From Tubiluchus corallicola (Eukaryota > Animalia > Priapulida): a DNA stretch of 64,000 bases. Where the stretch lies: positions 2,380 to 66,379 of the forward strand of contig JAQGDQ010001060.1 of the NCBI GenBank assembly GCA_030141605.1. The letters are read 5' to 3'. The notes beneath the pieces were generated by a model. The model saw only the letters and a program-made list of their open reading frames with translations. It made no database searches and had not been told where the DNA came from. The translations under genes and the position numbers were made by a program. Of this stretch, positions 1 to 11,400 are shown in pieces; position 1 is the stretch's first letter, and the number at the start of each line of letters is the position of its first letter.

Positions 1-88
1 AATCGCGTACTCGGTACAATAAGCGACACCAGGGACTTGACATACAAACAATGCCATGACCACTAGACCATGCAGCAGCACCTTGTGA
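1..88 (-). repeat. Repeat fragment with tRNA-like (A-box) head; possibly continues beyond the window edge
   Basis: Near-identical reverse complement of 2045-2136 (GCTGCATGGTCTAGTGGTCATGGCATT...GTCCCTGGTGTCGCTTATTGTACCGAGTACGCGATT). TGGTCTAGTGG resembles a Pol III A box. Confidence 0.6.
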
Positions 89-713
89 AAACGTTTTTCT
101 TTGTTTATGAAACGATCACATAAACTAATGTCTCTGTGTCATCATGGCACTTTTACATAGCAAGGGTAAAAATCATAAAAACGTGCCACTTCTATTACAT
201 CCTTTATCTCCTTGAAGGTCCAAAGGTACAATATCAATATCTTGAGTAGATTAGTCAATGTTGATCTGATATCTCCCTAAGCTACGAACGTACATGCGAC
301 TGATAAGAGTCATTCAGATCTTCTAAATTTAACTAAAATTGTGAAGTCTGTGTCTTTATCATGGGCACAAAAATTAGTAAAAGAATCCTCACTCCTTACA
401 GTCTTACACTTTAACAACATAAGGGAAACTCCACGCAAATAATACCACACTTTGCAAACTGACGGGTGATTATCAGCATATTATAATAGTTGATAAAAAT
501 ATATATTGTTGTATCAAAGTACAAAATGTGTTAAACCTAAATACTGACAAGTGTTAGCATGCGGCAAGGCAGCAACAGCTTTTTTAATCTTTAACAATTA
601 TTAAATAGTTTGAAAAGGTATAACAGCGAGTAATGACTACACTCTGTAGCGCGTGACATCATAGCTGTAAAACCGCGGATATATCGGACCTACTATACTT
701 CCCTGGGAACAAA

Positions 714-3700
714 ATGGATGGAAAACGTATTGATCCTCGCTACATCATCAGGTAATTACATAAATCACAGTTTAACTCATTTTGCAATAGGCCTAAACAT
801 TTATTACGTAACCTGATATAGCCTTCAATTAACTGGCAAATTGGTTCAGCGCTTCCCAGTCTAAAATTCCAGAATCGCAAATTTTATTAAGTCCACTTGT
901 CAGCATATCTTGTAAAACTGGTGTCGTGAATGACGAGCAAAGCAATCATATTTTACTTGCTCAACTAATGCAACTTATCACAAACAGAACTTTAATAGAA
1001 TATATATATATATATATATATATATAACTTTTTAACTTTTCAGACATGCCACAAAGGCAGACAAAGAAGCAGTTCTCGGTTTGAATGTGCTGGTAACTGG
1101 TGGCAGTCATGATTACCTGCCATCAAGATTTGACAGTTATATTCGCAGCTGGAATACTTATCCCATTGTTTGTGAGTTTGAAGGAAAAGTTGTAAGTACT
1201 AAATTCGCATTAATTAGGTAGTGTAGTGACTGTTGGTGCATTCATTGTAAATCAGCCCGGGGAAAGCTAATTGCTTTAGTTTTGACTGATAATTCTGACC
1301 AACATTGGTCCAGGTGAAGCACTTTCCATTTTGAAAGAGTTTTAAAGTAATTCTGCAAATTAAGTAGGCCTAATGCATTTCCATTCTGATAAATCTGAAA
1401 TAAAATCCAAAGCGTAGCTAACAATTTGTTCTATAATTACCTGTCTAATCGTACTCAACAAGTAAAATGTAACAGTTCCCTATCTGGCACGCAATTATAA
1501 AATGTGGCTGACCTTAATGTTTCACATTGGGTCTTCTCTATTGTATTCTTGCTATGTGCATTACCTCAATAACTTATTACATGCACTACTCAGGTCTATT
1601 TCAGTTCAGCTCGCTAATACAATCCTACTTTTTAAATTCTCTCTTCTTTTTTTGTCAAGCATATCAATCAGAGGCTTCGAATAACTGCACATTGGCATTA
1701 AACAAAATATTATTAAAACCTCTAATACAACATGCAGAGTTTTCATGTTGAACAACTTCCAACTAATCTCAGTAATTATACTGATCACTCACTTTTATCG
1801 ATCAAACTTCTGGACATGAGTCAACCAATCAGGTCAAGAAGATTAATTGACTGAACCTAGCCAACATGTCCAAACGTTGTTATTCACTTACGTAAAAATA
1901 ATTGCTAAGCAAAAGTAATTGGGTTATTTTTGAATAATTTAAAATCTGGGGAATTACGTTGGTAAATCAGTGTTTATCCTAATTTGAAGATTGATTAGTG
2001 ATCTTTTAGGCTGAATAATTAAGATCTTTCATGATCAAACTTAATTCACAAGGTGCTGCTGCATGGTCTAGTGGTCATGGCATTAAACTTGTATGTCAAA
2101 GTCCCTGGTGTCGCTTATTGTACCGAGTACGCGATTGTAGTATTATGTGACCCATTTAATTGTCAGTCTACTACACCAAAGTACTGAGTTAGTTTATGCT
2201 GCCATCTTCAGTCATTGTTTTACTCTAATTGTACAAAGTTTGTCAGAGATTAATTGATTTTGTTTCTAAATATTGTTTCCTTTTGCTTTTATCGATATTC
2301 ATTAATCAGAGTAATTGGATTGTTAATTTCATGCTTTAATTCTCCCTAAGTTAAAATAGAGAAAAATTATAGCACAGTTTTCTGTAAGCAAATAATCTTT
2401 ATTCTGCTATCAAAGAAGCCAAGTACACTTTGATTTTGGTTTAACTAGTAGTCTGTAGAATATAGGTGACCTTTCCATTTATGGTCTATATGCATGAAGG
2501 TGATGCACCTTCTAATAGGAACTTGAATCTCTGGTCATGTGATTTACAGCTCAATACTCTCAGGGATGCAAGTTCAGTTGATCTAGAGAAGCAATGTTAA
2601 AGGATGCAAATTTTCTACTGTTAAAGAATTTTCTACTGTTAAAGCAATGTTAAGGAATGCAAAATTTCTACAGTATCATATTGCTAACTTTTATGACTGT
2701 TTGTTCAATTTTGTTACTGAAATGAACATTGCATACGTTTTAAAATGATTGCAAATTTCTACATGCGTACTTGGTACAATAAGCGATACCAGGGACTTTG
2801 ACATACAAGTTTAATGCCATGACCACTAGACCAAGCAGCCCCTTGTGAATTAAGTTTGATCATGAAAGATCTTAATTATTCAGCCTAAAAGATTACTAAT
2901 CAATCTACAAATTAGGAAAAACACTGATTTACCAACGTAATTCTCCAGATTTTAAATTATTCAAAAATAACCCAATTATTCTTGCTTAGCAATTATTTTT
3001 ACGTAAGTGAATAACAACGCTTGGACATGTTGGCTAGGTTCAGTCAATTAATCTTCTTGACCTGATTGATTGACTCGTGTCCAGAAGTTTGATCGATAAA
3101 AGTGAGTTCAAATGAGGCAGACTTTCCACAATTTCTTCTTTTCGGTCCAGAATTTGTTCAAAAAATTCAATGGTGCCATTTGTAGATTATCTAATGAAAG
3201 CTGGCATTGTGTTGTTAACTAATCTGATTGAAAATCGTGAACGTTTCGTCAACACTTTTGACTTCCTCAGCAAGTCTTATCAAAATAAAATTTCAAGAAT
3301 AGCAAGAGCTTATTAGTTTCAATAAAATTAACTCAATTATTACATAATCTTCTTAAAACTAAAATTACATACATAAACAATAAAGTACCGGTATAGTGAT
3401 ATTAGGCCTACACTTCTTTGTAGTTTCGTCATTTTCTTTTCAGGTAATTTTTTCAGATTTCTTTATTCTTATCCCAGCATATTCTTTTTTACTGTAGTGG
3501 TGATTGAACAAGGGTTTTTTCTTGTGTCTGTCATGAAGCAAACATGTGAACATCATTAACCACGTTGAAGCATTTTAAAATAATTTTCTTATATTTTCCT
3601 TGCTCTGACGTAAATAAATGTCAAGAATGCTGAGAAGGTGCATGATTTAACTTAAATATCTGATTGCATGATTGACTTAAAATTTATGAGAACCATAAAC

Positions 3701-4932
3701 ATAGAATATGTATTTAGAGTAAAGTTTTGGTTTCTCTTAGGGGTTGTATTTATATCTAGGTAGGTTTTATGTTTTATTCTCTTATTGACGGAGGACAAAC
3801 TGTTGTTGCACGGGGAGGCCGCATTGCTGCCAATCACCAAGGGAGAGCAATAAAAGATCGTATGGAAATGTTTTACGTTGAACAATTGCTCAAAAACCAT
3901 TTATTCGTAAAAAGTGAAGCATTCACTACAACTGTGGAAAGCGAGTCGTTCTTAGTGAGGAAACACGCAAAACAACTGTTTTGCCAGACGGTGGGTAACC
4001 AAAAAATTAAGATATGGCCTTTTTAAGATATTAAGATAGTCTTACCTTTTTTCCTAATTTTGCAGATAGAGATGCAGACAATTTTTAGACACTTTATCCT
4101 GATAGTCAATAAACTTTTGGTATGTGAATCTTTTTAGGAGTTTAGACTGAAATCCAAGTGCTCAACGTGTATGTGTAATAATATTGTGCAGACTTTTACC
4201 TAAATTTTATGCTCTAATACTAGTTCAACAATCAACATTAAAGGATATGCTAATCATTAAGCTATGACGTGAAAAAGTGAAAAATTTTACGGTACTTTTT
4301 TATTTCAGTTGTGCTATTTTTCAACATCCAGTAGTGCATCAAATATTTTGAAAAGTTTCCAGCAAAATAAACTGCCATATCCTGACTTCAGTAGATTAGT
4401 TCAACTGAGTAAAATAAATATTCGCCCCTTGTTGTTATCGCCAGATATATACGAGGGCCTTTTCCATGGAGATAGAGTTATGATTAATTCGGCACCATAT
4501 AAATGTCTACCTGAGAATGTTTGGGATATAATTAACAACGAAGATATGACAGTGTTTTCAGATATGCTACCTAACGGCGACAAGTGTACAAGTGTCAGTT
4601 TTGGTTGTGTGATTTACGTACTTTCTGGAAATAATCTTCGGTTTGATTTGACTGTCTACGCGAAAGACAAAGATATGGCTGCGGCACATCTTTTAGCTCA
4701 AATTTATTCAGCAGCTATTGCTCACAAAAATTGCAACATACGGTTCAGCATTGCAGTGCAAGGCCCTATGCACAGAAAGTATATCGACCGCATTCTGCAT
4801 GAACTTGGGATAGAAGAATACACTTACCACAATTATCGTGATGCTCAAAAGATTGGTGTTGTGAGACCTATGAAGGAACTTGTGGACAAATATGAGGAAG
4901 TGATGAATGTGAATTTACATTCATTATTATAA
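714..4932 (+). CDS. NAT16/histidine N-acetyltransferase-like GNAT acetyltransferase, 4 coding exons, about 346 aa
   Basis: Phase-consistent GT-AG exons 714-751, 1044-1191, 3760-3990, 4309-4932 translate to MDGKRIDPRYIIRHATKADKEAVLGL...GGSHDYLPSRFDSY...EGKVVGFMFYSLIDGGQTVVARGGRIAANHQGRAI... The RxATxxD, DYLP and LIDGGxT motifs and the length match the NAT16/HISAT family as I recall it. Confidence 0.75.
1787..3107. repeat. Long inverted repeat (arms 1787-2140 and 2759-3107, spacer about 620 bp) in intron 2 of the NAT16-like gene
   Basis: The arms align as reverse complements over about 350 bp with scattered mismatches (ACTCACTTTTATCGATCAAACTTCTGGAC... versus ...GTCCAGAAGTTTGATCGATAAAAGTGAGT). 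Confidence 0.92.
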
Positions 4933-5982
4933 TTACTACAAATGTGTAAGCACATGTGTGATTTATTTGAAAATTGGTTGTATCCTCTACGTACTCAGTG
5001 CTCAGTGCTCAGCCTCATTTCGTTACATAATGGTACGTCACAAACACATACACAGTTTGTTTGAGAAGCATAATTCTAATGAATCCGTTGTGTGGTATGA
5101 TAAATTAGTAATAAAATATGCAATTAAACTTATAAGACTTATCCTGCCTTATTTTAAGCAGATGTACCAAAGAAATGCTTAATAAATTTACTCCTGGAAA
5201 CGGAACAGTTCTGTTATTGGACGCTATAGTCGGGGCAGCTATAGTATGGCAAAAGTTTGCTTGTATTTAAGCCTTGCAATGAACCAGTACACCACAACTG
5301 GGCTGTTACTAAACGGAAAGGGTTTTTCTCTTGCACCACCTCTGTCCAATATGATTTCGTTTGTTTACGATAATGCAAAATCTTTGTAGTGGTAAAAGAA
5401 ATAAGAAAATTGTATCTTCGTGTGCAGGAACTTTTCGGTTTTTCCTTTATTTTTATGTACTTTTGTACAACAAGTCGTCAGCCAGCATTTTCTTGCACTT
5501 CGAGCAGTCATACAAGACTCTCTAGCCAGCTAAGATTAAAAAAACAAACGGCTTCCTGTCTAATCTGTACAGTGCACCCAGGTTTGCATAATAAAAATGA
5601 TATTATCAAATTTGCACTGTACACCTGAGAGTGACGGATTCATAATACCTTTTAAAAATAATTTCTAAATAAAAAACAGATACTCGCATAAGTTGCATCA
5701 GCGAACTGAAAATTTTGATAGAGGATAAAATAATGTTTAGACAGCTAATACAGATTAAGAACACAATATTATAGTGGTCGTATATTATCGACTGTCTTTG
5801 TTCAGAAATGCAGAGTACTTTTTATGTTTATTATATCTTACAACTTGTATTTAATTTTCTAAATAGTTATGCATTCATTCGTCGAATCAAATCAATAAGT
5901 TTAGGATTGAATAAGAAGAGATCTGCTTTCTACTGACAGCATTTTAGTTTCATTATCGAAATCAATTGCATCAAAATAACAT

Positions 5983-6262
5983 ATGTGCAATTTTTCCCAC
6001 TTGTGTCATTTTTACATTTTACATTTGTGTCATTTTTTCCTGTGCCATTTTTACCTGTGCAATTTTTTTCCTGTGCCATTTTTCCATTTGTGCGATTTTT
6101 CCTGTGCCATTTTTTCCTATGCATTTTTTTTCGTGTGCCATTTTTACCGTGCCATTTCTTACTTTGCCATTTTGCCCACTTTTCCTTTTGTGCCATTTTC
6201 CTGTGCCATTTTTACCGTGCCATTTTCTCTGTGGCGTTTTTACCTGTGCCATTTTTACCGCA
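5983..6262. repeat. Minisatellite of about 16-17 bp units (TGTGCCATTTTT(A/T)CC-like), probably a DNA-transposon subterminal array
   Basis: About 16 degenerate tandem units are directly visible. They generate the overlapping low-complexity ORFs in several frames. Confidence 0.85.
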
Positions 6263-7458
6263 CAATCTGTTTTTAGTTCACTTTGCAGTTTTATTATTTT
6301 TATTGAAAAAGTCAATTCGTTACAAACAGTTGCTAAACCTATAAAAGCAAAAACTCTTAGTGTGGCGTCTAGATATTTTTCTTCTTCTTTGTTCGGGCGC
6401 TTTTGAAAGTTTAGTGTAAGCAAGCGTGAGCTGAGTGAAAATAATCAACAAAAAGTTCTTTTCTTGTACATTTCAACCTAACTGCGTGATAGATGATGGG
6501 AGGGGTAACGTTTTTCACGATGGTCACAGATTGTGTGAATAGTTTAATTCAGAGGAGCGGTGAAATTTCGGTGAGCGTTTTAGATTGCGATTTTAAACCT
6601 GGTGTGCGCTTGAAGAGTTGTCATATTGGTCATAATAATCTTCTCCTCCTGTATGGTGTACTGCTAAAGTTGTGGATTTTTTCCAGTTTTGAATCTGCAT
6701 GAATAATTATTGATCAGGCAGTGCGTAAACTTCGTTATCACGCATTTTTCTTAGGATTATTTAATGTTGGATTTTTTCTTTTTGTAAATCTTATCTCGAC
6801 CTTATTGTAAACTTTTGAATTTGAATTAATCAGTTAAGTAAAACCAATCCGACAACAAACAACCAACTAACCGACGAACCAACTGGTTAACCAATTAAGG
6901 TTAGTTTGGTTGGTTGGTTGGTTATTTGATTAGTTGATTGGTTGTTTGGTTCGTTGGTTGATATCTATCGATCAATTATTGATCTATGACCATCGATATC
7001 GTTTCCGCCCCATAGGATTCACCAGACATCTGAAAATGCGTCATCATCAGAGAATATAGTATCCGCAATAGCTTCTGGCGGATAATACATTTTCTAGTCG
7101 CCATCACTGCAATCATCTAATTTGTAACTACATTTCAAGGGCAATTGCACAATTATATGCGACAATGATAGATATATGGGGTATGGATACCGTACGCATC
7201 CAAATGTGGTAAGCAGGAATCTAGGCTCTAAATTCAGTGCAAGTATTATTGATCAACTGCGGTACCATGCTGCTGCATTTACTGTCGCCGAATCATTCCG
7301 CATAGCCCAGAGTGGCCTTTGTTAACGAAATCCCAATTTATCAAAAGCAATGCGTAGACTCCTCTCTGACATTATAATGCAGTCCACATAGGCCTTGTGA
7401 ATTGTTACATTTGCAACTGCGCTCAATAACAATCTATGAACAATTCGCTTATTGTATT

Positions 7459-8297
7459 TCTCAACTTCAAACGCTGGATGTGTAATCGCCTGCAATTATA
7501 TAAGAAGTTGAATGCCAAGTCGTCGATACTTCCGTGCCAAAGAAATTACAAGCGTACGTAGCCGCTTTTGATCCGCAGTGAGGAAGTTTCACACGTCGGG
7601 AATTTGTCCTGAAAATTTTCCAAGTCGCCATAGTATGAGTGATTTAGCAATAAGTGCAAACAGTGGGCCACATAAAAAAGGGCCTAAAAACAAAGTATTT
7701 ACACTATAGGTCTGAAAGTGCAAAACATGTAAACACTTTCAGATATGCTTTTTCTAACGCTTGAGAAATTCAAAAGAAATCATGGTTATGGTTTATGTTT
7801 TCCTTTTGCAAACATGTGTATTCCTTGCCAATTTATTGATGAGCATGTGCATGTATTTGAAAGTGTATAAAAAACCTATGAAGTTTAGTGAACTAATATT
7901 GATAGCGGCGTTCATATAACTTTAAAATTATTAAAAGTTAAAAACAATTCGCCATACCAGAAACACTTTAACTGCAGCCAGTAAAAAGACGTAATGCAAT
8001 ACGTAAACAATTTTTTAATATTAAAAGCTTTAATTCTGAAATTTTAAAATAAAATTATTTGCCCTGAAAATAACCGGCTTTTGTCCCGATAATGTTCAAT
8101 TCGTTTACCCTGGGAAGGTAAGCACCCCACACCTCAACCACCCCCCACCTCCCGACCCCTTGCCTCGCACGCCTATGTCTCAACCTCAAACACTGGATGT
8201 ATAATCGCCTGCAATTATATAAGAATTTGAATGCCAAGTCGTCGATACTTCCGTGCTAAAGAAATTGCAAGCGTAACCGCCTTAGTCCGCAGTCAGG
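7459..8297 (+). repeat. Direct duplication of about 120 bp (7459-7583 and 8178-8297) flanking an insertion of about 595 bp that ends CGCACGCCTATG
   Basis: Both copies read TCTCAACYTCAAACRCTGGATGTRTAATCGCCTGCAATTATATAAGAA...TCCGCAGTSAGG. Confidence 0.85.
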
Positions 8298-8494
8298 CAG
8301 CTCAGGTAAACATGAGTAATTTGGATAGGTGTTTTAGTTTAGATAGGTGATTCATCGTCGGCCCGCGGGCTATTGTGTGAAACAATTTGCCCTGAATTAG
8401 TTTCGTTACATTTACGAAGTTGCAAGTCACCTGATATCATTATGACTACAACATAGAGTTGTAGACGTCCAGAACATTCCTCGTCGTTAATACA

Positions 8495-11400
8495 ATGCCT
8501 TCTGCGTCAATGAAAGCTCATACGGCAGGTACGTACATTTTTAACATTTTTCTAATTTACAATAATCGTATTTAAAAGAAATAATTTATCGTGAAATATT
8601 TGTGTTTGTTAGAGTTCTGTCTAATACGCTTGGCGTTGTTACCCCATTGTTTGCTAAATCGCAAAATAACACTCAAATAAATGTATAAATTATCCACCAA
8701 TCAAGCTGATAATATAGATGGCATTTTCTCGATTCCGAATTTGTGTTATTTAGATTTACATAATTTCATTTCCGCAGCACATCACTTATTTTCCATGCAC
8801 AGCACATCACGTAATGTCATTAACATTCAAAAAGGCAATGAATATTGTGGGAAGAAGGGAGGAGCCGAGCTTTCGAACCTTTCACCTAACCACACACGCA
8901 TGTTAGGCGTATGATTTAAGGATTTAAACCATCGATAATCTCCGTTATAAGATATGTACATAATGTCAGTATAGTAATATTTATGCTTATTATGTCTGCT
9001 TGTATTATCCAATTATATGTAATATATAATATACATACATATTGTTGAGTAAGCGATAACACACATACAAATGTTAACACATTCTATTTACAGTTTAATT
9101 TACACGAAAATATAATTATAAAAACCAAGTAAAACAGTCACAATTGCATGTAAAAAAGACAACTGGTTACATAATAATGCAAACATGAAATTAACATTAC
9201 AGCATCCCCTCGGTTAACAATTATTTACATTTAATTAGGATTATATTCGACATGCTAAGACAATGATTGACATAGTTTCTCATTACATGTATGATGTCTA
9301 CAACATCGGTACCAAACAGAAAAATTAATTTATCTTCCTTAGGAATGTCTAGGAAATCTGGGCACAGCAAACTAATTTGTGTGAACGCATTTTGTCTGCT
9401 ATTCACATTACGGCAAGTCAGCATCATTTTCGACTTCGTCATTGTTAAGATCCGTCTATACATAAGGTGGTTTTGTGCGCGAATTTCCGCTTTCTGTTGA
9501 TAATTGTTGTTGTTATGTAAAATTGCATCATTTAGTTATACATAAAAAAATGTGAGAAACCTCGCGGAAAAATCATCGACCATACAGCTTTCCGCACTGA
9601 CTTTTTTACAAAATAAGCGCAGATTCTTGTAGGTAATCAATCAAAAGAAAATGTAATGTCAAGACTTTTTATTGTTTCTGCAGGCTTTGTAAAAAAACTC
9701 AGTCGCCCAGTTTCAAAATAAAGCAATAATTATGGAGTCTGATACGCTCGAATGATTTCGATAAAAGTAAAGACGTGTAAGCCTATGTGTTCATAAAGCT
9801 AGCCAAACACCACTTTACGCTATTGTTAATTGAACAAGGAAATAACTTCAAATAAAATAGAATATCACTATAGTGATGCAGGTCATATTTGTGTTGTAAC
9901 TTTGTACTGTTTGTACCGTTAATTCGCAACTAAGTTTTTTGCACATTTACGCTAGCGTATTTACGTTTTGAATCACTCAAGCTAAATACGTTTTAATCAC
10001 TAGGCAGAACGATAAAGACTTCAGGCAATACGTCTCCACCAAACAAAAACAACACTAAACATTTCTCAGCGTACCAACACTTGTGAACTTAATAGTTTCA
10101 CTAAGAGTAGCATTAACAGCAAGGGCTTAACGTAATTACATTCAGAGTTTGATTCGTAGGCGTACATATACACTAATTTATTATTATATTAGTTTATTTC
10201 GCATAATAAATATAATAATATACAGCTTACAAAATTTAAGAGGTTATTAATAAAGTATGACAATAGATATTATGTTAGTCAATAATATATCTACGGAAAT
10301 ATAACAATGCACTACTTTAGTTCACTTAATAGCTAGAATAATTAATTTACTGACTAACTAAGACAATTTTACATAGGTAGCCATAAACCAGCTAAGACTG
10401 TTTCTGGTGTCGTGAGATTGTACAGCTCAAGATTCTGCCCTCATTCACATTCCACGCGCTTAGTGCTGGCTGCAAAGAGAATACCGTATGTAAAATACTC
10501 GAATCTTAATTATTGTATTATTGATACTAAGATTATTCTTGTTTGTAATCTGTGCTTGAAATAAAAGCATATTATATCATATTTGTCATAAATATTTGTT
10601 TTCATTCTGTGTTTTACTGAAATTCTGATGATATGTAATACAAAAATCAAAATACTCTTAATCACCTACAACTTTTTATTGACAATAAAATGGTTGATCT
10701 TCTTGTTTGTAGTATTAATTACAAATCATAATAATTGGTAAGCCTAATTATATTTTTATGCTCAAATTTAGAAACAAGCTTATAAAATGCTGCTCTAATT
10801 TCCTAATTTGGAAGGAGAGGCAACAAGAACATAATAGCAATATAAATACTAATAAATTAATTTTAGAATTTATTAAAGCCGTAAATGCATTATAATTTTG
10901 TGATATCAGGAATTTATTGCTCTGTAAGGACGACATACGTACTTAAACAGTATACTGATGACAAGGAAAATAAATTCAAACTTACACGTGTACTAAAAAA
11001 CATACATTTTACCTTGTTCATTTTGTTGAAAAACCCGATTGGCGTCCGAATTTCATTTAGTCCATGATCTAAATTTTAATTATTGTGTTATGTTCCGGTA
11101 TTTATTTTTTTACTTGCTGATTTAAAACTTCTACATCTTTGGCAAAATCTAAGGGAATGACCTAAAATTTTTAATAATTACGCCAATAGATAACCGTATG
11201 CAACATCATTTTCGAGCAATTTCGTCTTTTTTTTGTTATAATCAAATCTTCATTTGCGCGTTTACGACGTTTTTTGCGCACCTGATATATATGCCCTGCT
11301 AATTCGTGCTGAAGTTTTAGTCGGTAGCTAGTTTTCGACAGGTAGCATATTAGGGGACAGAAGTTTCGATTTTAGATGACACAAAATTGGACTGTTGTTT

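Noticed and set aside
5930-6423. Overlapping 88-146 aa Phe/Cys-rich and Lys-rich ORFs; CRISPR-like periodicity
   Set aside because: These are translations of a tandem minisatellite. There are no unique spacers or cas genes, and the context is eukaryotic.
8858-8948. tRNA-Val-like sequence on the minus strand (GCCTAACATGCG...GGTTCGAA)
   Set aside because: I could not build an acceptor stem or cloverleaf; at most a decayed tRNA-derived repeat.
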